Of a DNA stretch of 64,000 nt, positions 9,963-20,253 are shown piece after piece (position 1 is the stretch's first letter; each line of letters begins with the position of its first letter). The position numbers and the translations under genes were made by a program. The stretch is from Epithemia pelagica (taxonomy: Eukaryota > Protista > Bacillariophyta), in assembly GCA_946965045.2 (NCBI GenBank), contig OX337242.1:1612001-1676000 (forward strand), read 5' to 3'. Under the pieces are notes generated by a model. That model made no database searches, was not told the origin of the DNA, and saw only the letters and a program-made list of their open reading frames with translations.

Positions 9963-11234
9963 ATGTACATGTCGGATTTGTTGGTGAAGGAAAGTTCTCT
10001 TGGCGCGAAAAAGGAGGATGCCTACCTAGCTAATGTTGGCCTAATCAATACATGGCGCGCTTGGACCAATATGAGGCGCGGCATCCGATATCGGAGTGCG
10101 AGGTCTTCTGCCCGCTCACTTTTGTTCACTTTTCTCTGGTTTCCCAAAATTGCTGATAGGCATCCGACACGAACGACAATGGTCGCCACCATGGTTAATT
10201 CCGCCTCCGTCCCTTCCAATGTTCCTGCGCTGCCAGTGGAACAGGAAAACCACATGATGGATATAGATATGATGAAAGAAAATGAGTTCTTGACACTGAA
10301 TATGTTACGCCTGACAAAGATAGATCTGAATGCTGATCAAGGGGATCCTACGACACAAAACACCATCTACTGGCCCTGTTTGTTCTTTTCGAAGGAATCT
10401 CAACGTCAGTACTTGTGCGAGAAATATGGTTTGTTTGTGGGCCATGAGTTGCAGATTATGCAAGACTTTCTTGCCCACGGGACACACAGCGAGACAGAAA
10501 TGGTGGAGGATCCGGCGGTTGCAGTGTTGTTGGGCCCCCACTGCCCAATCACACAAGGCTCGCGAGCCTTTTATCAACCTAATACAAACGATATGCGCTC
10601 CATGATTCATGCATCTGAGTTTCTGAAGCTTGCCCCGACGGTTGAAGGAGTCATGGAGACGGTACGCGATATGGGGAACCTGATGAAACTTATCAAGACG
10701 CCGGGAATGAAAACGTCCAACGAGGAACATGACTTTAGTGCTCGGAACTGGGACAGTCTCATCCAGTTCGTGAAAGTTCCCATTCCACCCGCAGAAAAAT
10801 CTGACACGGCTCCAGAGTCCCCTCCAAAATACATGCTCTGGCCTTGCTTGGTCGTGAAGGATTACAACCAACTATTTGCATTCTTGGCTCGCTACAAGTC
10901 CATATTTGGAGAGGATGCCGAAAAAACGTCAGAAATAGTGAAGGAGATTCTTCACGACTTGTGGGGGAGTACATCGGCAAAGCTTGACGCTACAAACTGT
11001 GGTCACAATCATCCCTCCACGACAAACCATGGCAAGGACCATGCGGCTATCTTACTGGGTCCTGACTGTTCAGTCACACGAAGCCAGCGTACCATGCGTC
11101 TATCAAAGAAATCCTTGGTTAAACCTCGACATGCTATGATTCCACAATTCTATAATCATTTGGGAAAGGTTTCGGGGGGACGGGAAACGTTCAATATTTT
11201 TTCGCATGTCTTTCGAGACATGACATCAAACTAA
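9963..11234 (+). CDS. Hypothetical protein with two WPC (PWWP-like) domains
   Basis: IYWPCLFF...AVLLGPHCP and MLWPCLVV...AILLGPDC; paralogous to the upstream gene; true start probably about 10180. Confidence 0.7.
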   Translation: MYMSDLLVKESSLGAKKEDAYLANVGLINTWRAWTNMRRGIRYRSARSSARSLLFTFLWFPKIADRHPTRTTMVATMVNSASVPSNVPALPVEQENHMMDIDMMKENEFLTLNMLRLTKIDLNADQGDPTTQNTIYWPCLFFSKESQRQYLCEKYGLFVGHELQIMQDFLAHGTHSETEMVEDPAVAVLLGPHCPITQGSRAFYQPNTNDMRSMIHASEFLKLAPTVEGVMETVRDMGNLMKLIKTPGMKTSNEEHDFSARNWDSLIQFVKVPIPPAEKSDTAPESPPKYMLWPCLVVKDYNQLFAFLARYKSIFGEDAEKTSEIVKEILHDLWGSTSAKLDATNCGHNHPSTTNHGKDHAAILLGPDCSVTRSQRTMRLSKKSLVKPRHAMIPQFYNHLGKVSGGRETFNIFSHVFRDMTSN

Positions 11235-11457
11235 GCCGCCACGGAACGACATTCATACTAAAATTCATTGAATGAAAATGATAATCGCATGGAAAGAGAG
11301 CGACGAAGCTGCATAATTACTTCTCAGTCTCTTCTCTTTTTCCCATTCTGGATAGGTAAAGTTAATCAGTCAGGCAGCACGACCGTTGTCTTATGTTCTC
11401 TAGGAATAATACAAGAAAGACTATGACCACGACACGACATCGTTCTACAACCTACTG

Positions 11458-13194
11458 TCATGGATTCGAGTTCGAATGACCGGAATTTCTCGTGTCGGCA
11501 TTTAAGTCAGCTCCAAATACCTCGTCCGAATGCACGAATTGGTCCAGCGGTTGGCCTTCACGCCTGCGATAATGCGTCCAAAAATCATACGATGTCTCGA
11601 GTATTGGTCGTGAAAAGGAACTTGATTCAGTGATCTTCGCTGCAGCATATTTGGCAAATCGTTTCGCTTCCGCATTTGTTCCTGGGACGCTGGCATACAA
11701 TAACAACATTTGCGAAATTTCTGAACTGCCTCTCTCGCTTTGGATGGACTTGCGCGGTGGGTCAGCAGGTTGGAGAATTGCTGGAAGCATGGCTTCAAGA
11801 GCGCCTACAGCGTATTCGGAGGATATGACATCCGAGGTATGCTTGGAATCACCGTCGACATTATCCATGGATGAAATTACAACGTCCGAGATAATCTTCA
11901 GGATCAATGCAACCGCCGATGGTATCGCCAGAACATTGGCATTGGTATCAGGGTCAACCTCGGCTGCGGCACGTACAAGATCTCTATATGCTTTGGTGGC
12001 TGTGTGCAACTCAAATACTCCATGCGCATACTGACCGTCCTTGCCCTTCTTTTCTACAATGTTTGTCATCAACTCAGACACAGATTTCGCCGCCGGTTTG
12101 CCACCTTCCGGGAACGAAGTCCAGTTTACGCCCAGAAATGCACCAGTCATGATTGTCTTCAATCCCTGACGACCGTCGTCTTCCATTATGGGATTGATCA
12201 CATCGATAGCACCAGCGTTTATGAGGCTTTCTCGGGAAACAGGCCATTGCGCGAGGTTCAAAATGACAAAAAGAGAAGCGTCTTCAAGACTGCTGGAAGT
12301 CCATTGAGAAGGAGGAACAGCAGTGGAACGAATGTTTTCGACAGCACATTTAGGAATGTCAGTTTTGACAATGAGAGCGGCGTTCTCTTCACTCTTTGCC
12401 AAGTTTTTGATAAGACCACAGGTCCAGCGAACGCTCTCCCTCTCTCCAGGACTGGGGTTTGGAACGGCAGGAGCGTGGGTCAGCAGCTTCTCCAAAACAC
12501 GAAGGAGAGAATTGCGGTTGTCAAGTAGGGGTATCTCTGTTCCGTCAGAAGGAGAAAATTGGAGGATGGACGTGAGACTAGCCTCAAGTAAAGACAAATT
12601 CGTGATGCAAATGCAGCACAAGTAAGACGCTTGCTTGTCTTGGGCGATAACTTTGCAGAGTCCTCCAATGAGCTCCTTGGAAGAAGGCCCTAGTGCCATG
12701 ACACGCTTGTTTTCAGTTGGAATCGAGAGGTTGTTAAGGGCGAGACAAGCCAAATGGAGCCCATCTCCTGTCTTCCGTGTTAAGCACTTGGAGAGGGCAG
12801 AAACAACATCGTACTTTCCAGAGCACACCATAGGCACACGATTTTCCTTGTGGTGTACATCACAAAGTTCATATATTTTCTTCGTTGCAGTGACACTCTT
12901 TTCTCCTTTCAAGTTCAACATCTGATCTGTAAGGTCGGTAATGTCGTCCAACGTGGGTGGTGTAGAAGGGGCGACAGCCGCCTTGATCGAATCAAATGCG
13001 CTGGACACGAAGGACGACAACAAGCCTACCTTCTTTGTCGTTGTAGGTTCTTCATTAGAAATTAAGGGAGTTGCAGCATCCACCTCAACCGGCTCTGTTT
13101 CTTTGCTTTCACGGTGGGACGAGGCCCTAAATGGCAAGTGACAACAACAAAGGCAAACATTAGCGATGGCCATGTTTGCCAAAACCAAATCCAC
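11458..13194 (-). CDS. Armadillo/HEAT-repeat protein
   Basis: Helical repeats such as ACLALNNLS, CITNLS, CGLIKNLA, FVILNLA; Cys cluster CLCCCH near the N-terminus (possible palmitoylation). Confidence 0.75.
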   Translation of the reverse strand: MDLVLANMAIANVCLCCCHLPFRASSHRESKETEPVEVDAATPLISNEEPTTTKKVGLLSSFVSSAFDSIKAAVAPSTPPTLDDITDLTDQMLNLKGEKSVTATKKIYELCDVHHKENRVPMVCSGKYDVVSALSKCLTRKTGDGLHLACLALNNLSIPTENKRVMALGPSSKELIGGLCKVIAQDKQASYLCCICITNLSLLEASLTSILQFSPSDGTEIPLLDNRNSLLRVLEKLLTHAPAVPNPSPGERESVRWTCGLIKNLAKSEENAALIVKTDIPKCAVENIRSTAVPPSQWTSSSLEDASLFVILNLAQWPVSRESLINAGAIDVINPIMEDDGRQGLKTIMTGAFLGVNWTSFPEGGKPAAKSVSELMTNIVEKKGKDGQYAHGVFELHTATKAYRDLVRAAAEVDPDTNANVLAIPSAVALILKIISDVVISSMDNVDGDSKHTSDVISSEYAVGALEAMLPAILQPADPPRKSIQSERGSSEISQMLLLYASVPGTNAEAKRFAKYAAAKITESSSFSRPILETSYDFWTHYRRREGQPLDQFVHSDEVFGADLNADTRNSGHSNSNP

Positions 13195-14311
13195 TTAACG
13201 GAATAGATTGCCATTACAGAGAACGCAAAATATATCTCAAGCACCTTACATGGTTGCGATGTTTCTGTCGTCAGTCGTCAACGACAAAAGAGCATATCCA
13301 AAAGATCCAAAAGAGAAAAGAATCCGTGCGTAAAGCACAATCGACTGTCTGTGGGTCTGGGAAGTAAACTCTGTTAGTCCCGCCACCGCCAGGGAGAGCA
13401 AGGATGGCTGCGGACGCGCGCGCAATTGCATGCTCGCGTGAGTGCGGTTTGAGGCCTCTCACTTTTTTCAACTGATTCTTGGTTGATTTCGTACGAATAT
13501 TCGAACGATTGGGCATTGGACAGATAGAGCGATATACCATATCGTTGTTGCCTGTTGTTGCATTCATGTTGGCAGGGTGTTTTCACAATCATGTCTTTAT
13601 TGAACCGCGATCATCGTGGAACGAAGAGGATTCGTGAAGGACAATTCTGATCCCAACGTACAAAAGCCAGTCGTTTGTTTCAGGGTTTCAATCGTATCTC
13701 CTATCAGTTGTCCATTATTATTTCCAAGTCCCAGATGAAGTTAACCCGATTCAAAGGCCCTATTGGATGGAAGGCTGGAAGTGTTCGTTGTATTTCCGTT
13801 GACTGCCTAATCGCTCGTCCCTGCCAGTATACTGGAATTTGGAGAGGTCCAATGTTCGTTCACATGTGAATTTGTCAAATCCCGTTTGATAAGTCATCCG
13901 TATTGATCAGCTTGGAGACTCTGTTATCTTTTTACTTGACTACAGCTCTCTGATGCAGTACCCATGGCCGGTCCATGAACCACGAGTCAAATGCGAGCGA
14001 GTAAAGGTAACAGTCTTTCAGTTCTTGTCTTCAATCTGATCAAGTCCAAATCGCGTTGATTTCCTTCTGATGAAATACAACAGAATTTTGTGGAATCTTG
14101 GAAATTGATTAAGACGACGACACTGATGATTTTAATACTTCATGTTTCCGTTGTGCTGTGGACGACCCAGCCTAGTCGCTTTCCCCCATGGACGAACTTG
14201 GAGAGATGAGCAAAGTGATTGGCTTTGGAACACGAATATCGTTTCTCACAAAATCAAGGCGGACAGAAAGCTTACACCCACTGGATCATTTTTCTATCAC
14301 TACTTGAGACA

Positions 14312-17221
14312 ATGAAAGGAATTCAAGGCAAGCTTGTTCTTTGGAGCATGTTGATCATGGCGTCTGGTGCAGGAGGCTCGTCCACTTCACCCTTGGAAAA
14401 CCATGACAGCAACGCCGTCCTCGAGGACCTCCAAGAAGAGAAGAGCCAAGAACTGAAGGAAGTTCCTGCTGATGATAAGGATACATTGTCACTCATGACG
14501 AGAATGCACTCGATCCTGGACGCCGGCATTCAACAGGACAACTCCATCACCGCCGAAAGGAAAACCAGCGAGCGTACCGCTAATCTCTGCTTCACCAATG
14601 CAGATGACGATCCATCCAATGGAGGAGCTTATTGCGCCACTGTATCGGGGTCAACAAGTTCCTCCCCCGTCCAGCTCTACAGGAGCAACCAGTGGTTGAT
14701 TGGAATGACTGCCAGCTGCAACGATAATTCATTGTACTGGGTCACTGGTGGTCACCAACAAGTCTACGCCGGGAAAATCGATGGTTCCAGATCTACCGTT
14801 CTTTATTCATCCTCCTTTTTCTCAGACTCTGTTTCTGGTGTGGCTGTGAATGAAGATTTGGGAAAGCTTATTTTGGGCGGAAGACGTTATCTACTTCTGG
14901 TGAACTCGGACGGCTCTTCACATGAACCTGTTGTTCTGGATGACGTTGGTTCACAAGGCAATCTTCCAGCGGTTACAATTGATCGCCGTGACGGCAAGGT
15001 TTATTATGGTGGGCGAGATCACCATGGTAACACCGTGATCAAGGTAATTTCCCCGCCGTACAAGAACCAAACGCCGTTCAACCTTTGTTCCCTGGACGGG
15101 TCCTATTACAGCTATCCTCGTGACATGGCTGTCGATCCAGTGCGCAACCGTATTCTGTGGGTCGACTCCCATTATGTATACAGTGCTGATATGGCCGTCT
15201 CTGGTGGAAATGTTCAAGTAATTTACGCCAACGCCCAGTTTGGTGGGGTCGTGCGCACAATCGACTTTTATCTCAACCATTTGTATATTGGTGTGATAAA
15301 AGATGATGGTACTGATGATGCCGAGATTTGGAAAGCGAGTGCAGGCGGTGGTGGTCTGGTTGACAAACTCATTTCTGTTGAGTCCAAAAATGGCATTCGT
15401 GGCCTTGTAATCCAGTCATGTCCATCGCAGTCACCATCGCCCACCCCGAAACCAACTTCAGAACCATCATTCCATCCAACTGCAAAGCCCTATCCCAGTC
15501 CGACTCGCAAGCCAACACAAAAACCAACTCCAAAGCCAACAAGCAAGAAAACTCCAAAACCGACACACAGGCCGACTCCGATGCCAACGAACCACCCGAC
15601 TCCAAAACCGACAAACAGACCCACAAAAAGGCCAACTCCAAAACCGACAAACAGACCCACAAAAAGGCCAACTCCAAAACCGACAAACAGACCCACGAAA
15701 AGGCCAACTCCAAAACCGACAAACAGACCTACAAATAGGCCAACTCCAAAACCGACAAACAGGCGAACTCCAAAACCAACCATGCGAAAGCCAACGTACA
15801 AACCAACACCGAAGCCCGTGAAGCCACCAACCAATCACCCAACTTCAACGCCGTATATCCAGCCTACACACAAACCAACCTTGGTGACTCATCCGCCATC
15901 CTACGAGTATCATCCAAAGCTTTATTTTACCAACGGCCATGATGATTCTTCCGTAGGCGGAGCTTATTGCGCCACTGTTACGGGATCAACAAGTTCCTCC
16001 CCCGTCCAGCTCTACAGGAGCAACCAGTGGTTGATTGGAATGACTGCTAGCTGCAACGATAATTCATTGTATTGGGTCACTGGTAGTCACAAACAAGTCT
16101 ACGCCGGGAAAATCGATGGTTCCAGATCTACCGTTCTTTATTCATCCTCCTTTTTCTCAGACTCTGTTTCTGGTGTGGCTGTGAATGAAGATTTGGGAAA
16201 GCTTATTTTGGGCGGAAGACGTTATCTACTTCTGGTGAACTCGGACGGCTATTCACATGAACCTGTTGTTCTGGATGACGTTGGTTCACAAGGCAATCTT
16301 CCAGCGGTTACCATTGATCCCCGTGACGGCAAGGTTTATTATGGTGGGCGAGATCACCATGGTAACACCGTAATCAAGGTTATTTCCCCGCCGTACAAGA
16401 ACCAAACGCCGATCAATTTGTGCCATCTCAGCGGGGCTGACAACGCCTACCCCCGCGACATCACCGTTGATTTAGTGCGAAACAGCCTAGTGTGGGTGGA
16501 TTCTCATGATGTTTACAAGGCTTCGATTGATCGGTATCTTAACGTGCAACTTCTGTATCAAGGTAACCAGTTTGCCCTCGACGATTGCTCTGTTCGAACA
16601 CTGGACTACTACGAGGATGATTTGTTCATTGGCATAATCACGGGGGGTACCTCCGAGATTTGGAAGGCGAAAGCGAGCGGCAGTGACGACCTCTCCAAAC
16701 TCTACTCGGTCGAGTCAAAACACGGAATTCGCGGCTTGTCTGTGAAGTCATGCTCCAGTCGTACCCCGAAACCTTCAGCACAACCTACTCCAGTGCCTTC
16801 AAAGAGACCGACAAATCCAACTCCTAAAACAACTGCGACTCCCACCCGAAAGCCATCGTCACAACCAGTTTCAGTTCCTTCATGTCCACAACCGAATGGG
16901 GAACCGATTGTCCACCTCATTTCTCCTATTGATGACTATGTCTTGGTGAACCATGTGACGTTTAAGTTCAGTGTCGGCTGGGAAGCGAATCAAATCAGCT
17001 CGGTTAATTTTTACCTTCGCAAGTTTAGCGGCGGCTGGAAAGATGTTATTCCAGGCATGGACATTTCTGGAAATAATGTGTATGGAACATATGAGTACTC
17101 ACAAAACTTGGATACCGACTCGTATTACGCTTGGCGAGTGGAAGTCGTTCCCAGATCTGATCAACCATGTTTGGAACCATATCGAACGTCGCCTCATGTC
17201 TTTTATGTTAATGCGCCGTAA
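14312..17221 (+). CDS. Secreted protein: two YWTD-like beta-propeller domains separated by a Pro/Thr/Lys/Arg mucin-like repeat, plus a C-terminal beta-sandwich-like domain
   Basis: Signal peptide MKGIQGKLVLWSMLIMASGAGG; blade motifs LYWVT, VYYGG, ILWVDS, LYFTN, LVWVDS; (PTPKPTNRPTKR)n linker. Confidence 0.8.
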   Translation: MKGIQGKLVLWSMLIMASGAGGSSTSPLENHDSNAVLEDLQEEKSQELKEVPADDKDTLSLMTRMHSILDAGIQQDNSITAERKTSERTANLCFTNADDDPSNGGAYCATVSGSTSSSPVQLYRSNQWLIGMTASCNDNSLYWVTGGHQQVYAGKIDGSRSTVLYSSSFFSDSVSGVAVNEDLGKLILGGRRYLLLVNSDGSSHEPVVLDDVGSQGNLPAVTIDRRDGKVYYGGRDHHGNTVIKVISPPYKNQTPFNLCSLDGSYYSYPRDMAVDPVRNRILWVDSHYVYSADMAVSGGNVQVIYANAQFGGVVRTIDFYLNHLYIGVIKDDGTDDAEIWKASAGGGGLVDKLISVESKNGIRGLVIQSCPSQSPSPTPKPTSEPSFHPTAKPYPSPTRKPTQKPTPKPTSKKTPKPTHRPTPMPTNHPTPKPTNRPTKRPTPKPTNRPTKRPTPKPTNRPTKRPTPKPTNRPTNRPTPKPTNRRTPKPTMRKPTYKPTPKPVKPPTNHPTSTPYIQPTHKPTLVTHPPSYEYHPKLYFTNGHDDSSVGGAYCATVTGSTSSSPVQLYRSNQWLIGMTASCNDNSLYWVTGSHKQVYAGKIDGSRSTVLYSSSFFSDSVSGVAVNEDLGKLILGGRRYLLLVNSDGYSHEPVVLDDVGSQGNLPAVTIDPRDGKVYYGGRDHHGNTVIKVISPPYKNQTPINLCHLSGADNAYPRDITVDLVRNSLVWVDSHDVYKASIDRYLNVQLLYQGNQFALDDCSVRTLDYYEDDLFIGIITGGTSEIWKAKASGSDDLSKLYSVESKHGIRGLSVKSCSSRTPKPSAQPTPVPSKRPTNPTPKTTATPTRKPSSQPVSVPSCPQPNGEPIVHLISPIDDYVLVNHVTFKFSVGWEANQISSVNFYLRKFSGGWKDVIPGMDISGNNVYGTYEYSQNLDTDSYYAWRVEVVPRSDQPCLEPYRTSPHVFYVNAP
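15599..15777 (+). repeat. Coding 36-bp tandem repeat, about 5 copies
   Basis: ACTCCAAAACCGACAAACAGACCCACAAAAAGGCCA units start at 15599, 15635, 15671, 15707 and 15743 (last one partial). Confidence 0.9.
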
Positions 17222-17553
17222 ACTTATCAACACCATGATTACTGCCTTCACAGAAATTATCAATGCGTAGGGCATGCCTGTTTCTTTCCGGAGGATGTGC
17301 GGTTGAAACAACCCATCACCACCACCCTGTTTATCCACGAAAGGAAGGATGGCGCTTGTCTGGATGATAAAAAAGGTTCTGGAGAATGTCTTTCCTTTCG
17401 CTTTCTCGTCGATGCGCAACCACCAATCCTTTTTTCATTATGGAATCATGGTAGGACTCTTTCGAAAATGAAATGGGAATAAATGTTTCATACCTAAACC
17501 AACGACAAACTACTGAGATGTGCATTCTCATATTCAATTTAATTCCACGTTCT

Positions 17554-19169
17554 TTAATAATCAGCTTCCACGGAATCAGCGTTGATGGTCATATCCAACT
17601 CTTCTCCAGTCACTCGTTTGTATAGACTCAACATGTCCGACACGTCATTCTCGAAATGAGAGGTAGCGTCAAAAGTGGAAGAAATAAAACACTTGTCCTT
17701 GGAACCGTCATCGACCGGTTCGTATGTGTTGGTTACGGAAGTGAAACGTTTCAAAATAGGACCCAGGACACGCAAACCAGGCATGACATCTTCATCAGGG
17801 TTACCTTTTTCAATGAGAGTAGAAACAATGGCGACGTAGATACCGGGAGCAGACACCATCAAACTATGTCCAACACAGCAAACAAAAACGTCGTTGACAC
17901 GGTCTACTTGAGGCCCAGGGATAACAATTTGAACACTTTCGGCGTTGTTTGTATTTGGAATGGGGTGATCCAAGATACAGATGCATCGGACTACCACACC
18001 AGTGGGCTTGATCTTCTCCTGTGGGAAGTACGACGGATCTCCAATCACCATCGAGGCCTTGGCCATTTGATTTCCAGCTTTGACACCATATGCTTCGCCG
18101 TTTTCATTGAACAAAACTTCATCCACATCTTGGTTCAGCATGAATGTTCCACCATGGATGGCACAGATACGAGAGAAACCTTCCGGCAAGCCGCCAAGAC
18201 CATAAATGGGGTAAAGATAAGGAGAAGTTCCATAGCGCGTCAAAGAGTACATGTATGTCTGAAGCTCTTGGATAGTAGGCAAGGCTGGTTGATCCATATG
18301 TGCTTCGTCCAACTTCAGGCACATGGCATGGGAAATGAATTGATGCGTATCGGGTTGCAATCCAAATTCAGTGTACAATTGACGCATGGTCATGGTAGTG
18401 AGATCGCGACCGGCGTGAGTTGACGGATCTTCAGCTTTGTACGTATCGACATAAATAAGAAAGGAGCGGAAACGGCGCTTTTCGAACAATCCCATTAGAG
18501 ACGACGCCAGTGCTTCCTGTGGTGTGGCGGGGACCTTGAGAACCTTTCCTTTATTGTACACATAAGAGCCAGCGATTGATTTGAATTCCAAATAGCGCGT
18601 CACTTTGGTGTGCAACAACATCTTGGTCAAGTTTCCAGTAGCCATGATGAACTGAATGACAAAAACGTGTAGGCAACAGTCAATAGAGCGTTGTCATGTG
18701 CAAACCGAGTGGATTAACTGTGATAAGACATTACCATTCGACAACAAATATTTAAATTACCCGCTGAGAGAACGTACCTTCGGAATCAGATCAACGTTGT
18801 ATTCACGGTTTGCTCCTGTGAATGCATACCAAACAGAATGTTAGATGGCTCCAATTGCATGCGACCACGTATCGTCCACGTCAACTTTCAAGTGGTCGGA
18901 TGAATCATGGTTTGCATTTTGTCAACTGAACGCTCTACAGTAGAACGGCATATTTGACACGTACCAAGACTCTCCGGTGGAGTTCCGGCCTGGAATTTTT
19001 CAAAGAGGGTTGTCAAGTTCAACGATGCACCATCGCCACCATAATAACCGTTGCGGTCGACCTGCAACACCTTCTTCCCCTGCACACTGAGCAATCCGGA
19101 AATCACGCATTCCTTCAAACCAGTTCCCATAACAATGGCATCGTATTCACCATCGGCCAAGGCCTCCAT
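17554..19169 (-). CDS. GDI1: Rab GDP dissociation inhibitor, 3 exons (19169-18965, 18815-18778, 18651-17554)
   Basis: EYDAIVMGTGLKECVISGLLSVQGKKVLQVDRNGYYGG; 38-nt middle exon ANREYNVDLIPK; FIMATGNL; SPYLYPIYGLGGLPEGFSRICAIHGGTFML. GT-AG boundaries read from the sequence. Confidence 0.96.
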
Positions 19170-20253
19170 ACCCTCTGGAAGCCAATCGAACGTGGGCTAA
19201 CGTGGGAAGAACAAAAAAAGACGAGGAATGGTGAGACAAGAACATATTCATTCCATAGAGATTGAGCGCCAATTTCTTCACGAGATGGCCAACAGATGGA
19301 AGGAGGCAGGAAAAAGATACGACCAGTTTGACGGCTTTCACAGCCACGGTAGGGGCCATCAGCGGTCGAACTTCTGTGAAGTGCGGCCCAGAAATAGCAA
19401 TTCTCGTTGCTGTTCCTTCCGGATCTTTCCAATCTCGTTCCTGGAGTCAAGTCTTTACGCTTCTGATTCCTCAACATACCTGCTTGGGTTGCCCGTCGCC
19501 TCCCTCTTCTGCCATGGTTGTAAGATGTTGTACAGCGTTTGCTTTATCTCTGCGGAATGAGTTGCTTTTGGTATTGTCACCCAATGACTGGACTATCCCC
19601 GAATGCAATGTTGTGTCGACAGCGTGGACGAAGGTTCCACCAAAAAAGGATCTTGTTTTGGCACGCTTTGTCGTGGGTGTAGCCGGTGGGCGAAGCTGTC
19701 GGGCTGGGTTGTAACGGCTCTCCGAAAGGAAAGCGTGACTTCTTTAAATCGAAGTATGTGGTGGAACTAAGGGCATATGTATATAAGACAAAAATATGTC
19801 CTATAAGACATATGTATTTGTCTCATCGCGCGTTTGGATTTTTGGAAGGGGGGAGAAATTATCCTTAACCTTAAGCGACTAGATTGACTCGTGCGCATAC
19901 AGATGAAATCAACAACAAACAATAATGGACATTCCATTCCATCTACACAATACCACCGTACCATCACCAACTGACCACCTTTTCTCACAACTCTGCGAGA
20001 CAAGCTGAAACTCTGCTCTATCACCGATAGGTTCGACGAGTTGTAACGCCGCTCGGACTCACCAAGAGCACCTAAAGACCTGAACCTGCACTCCTTCCAG
20101 CTGTCGCTCTAAGTAGGCTTCTTCGTCGTACGATTGTGGTGAAACATAACCCACAAAACATTACTTTGAACCGGAAACGTTTGTGAAGGAGCTCCATCCT
20201 GCAGCACCACACACTTTGCAGATTCTTGAGACACTCTGGCTGGCACATCCAAC

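Noticed and set aside
15599-15777. 36-bp repeats as a CRISPR array
   Set aside because: The units are directly adjacent with no spacers, are in frame within a eukaryotic gene, and no cas genes are present.
17656-18423. 255-aa ORF on the plus strand
   Set aside because: Antisense shadow of the highly conserved Rab GDI exon; no independent motif.
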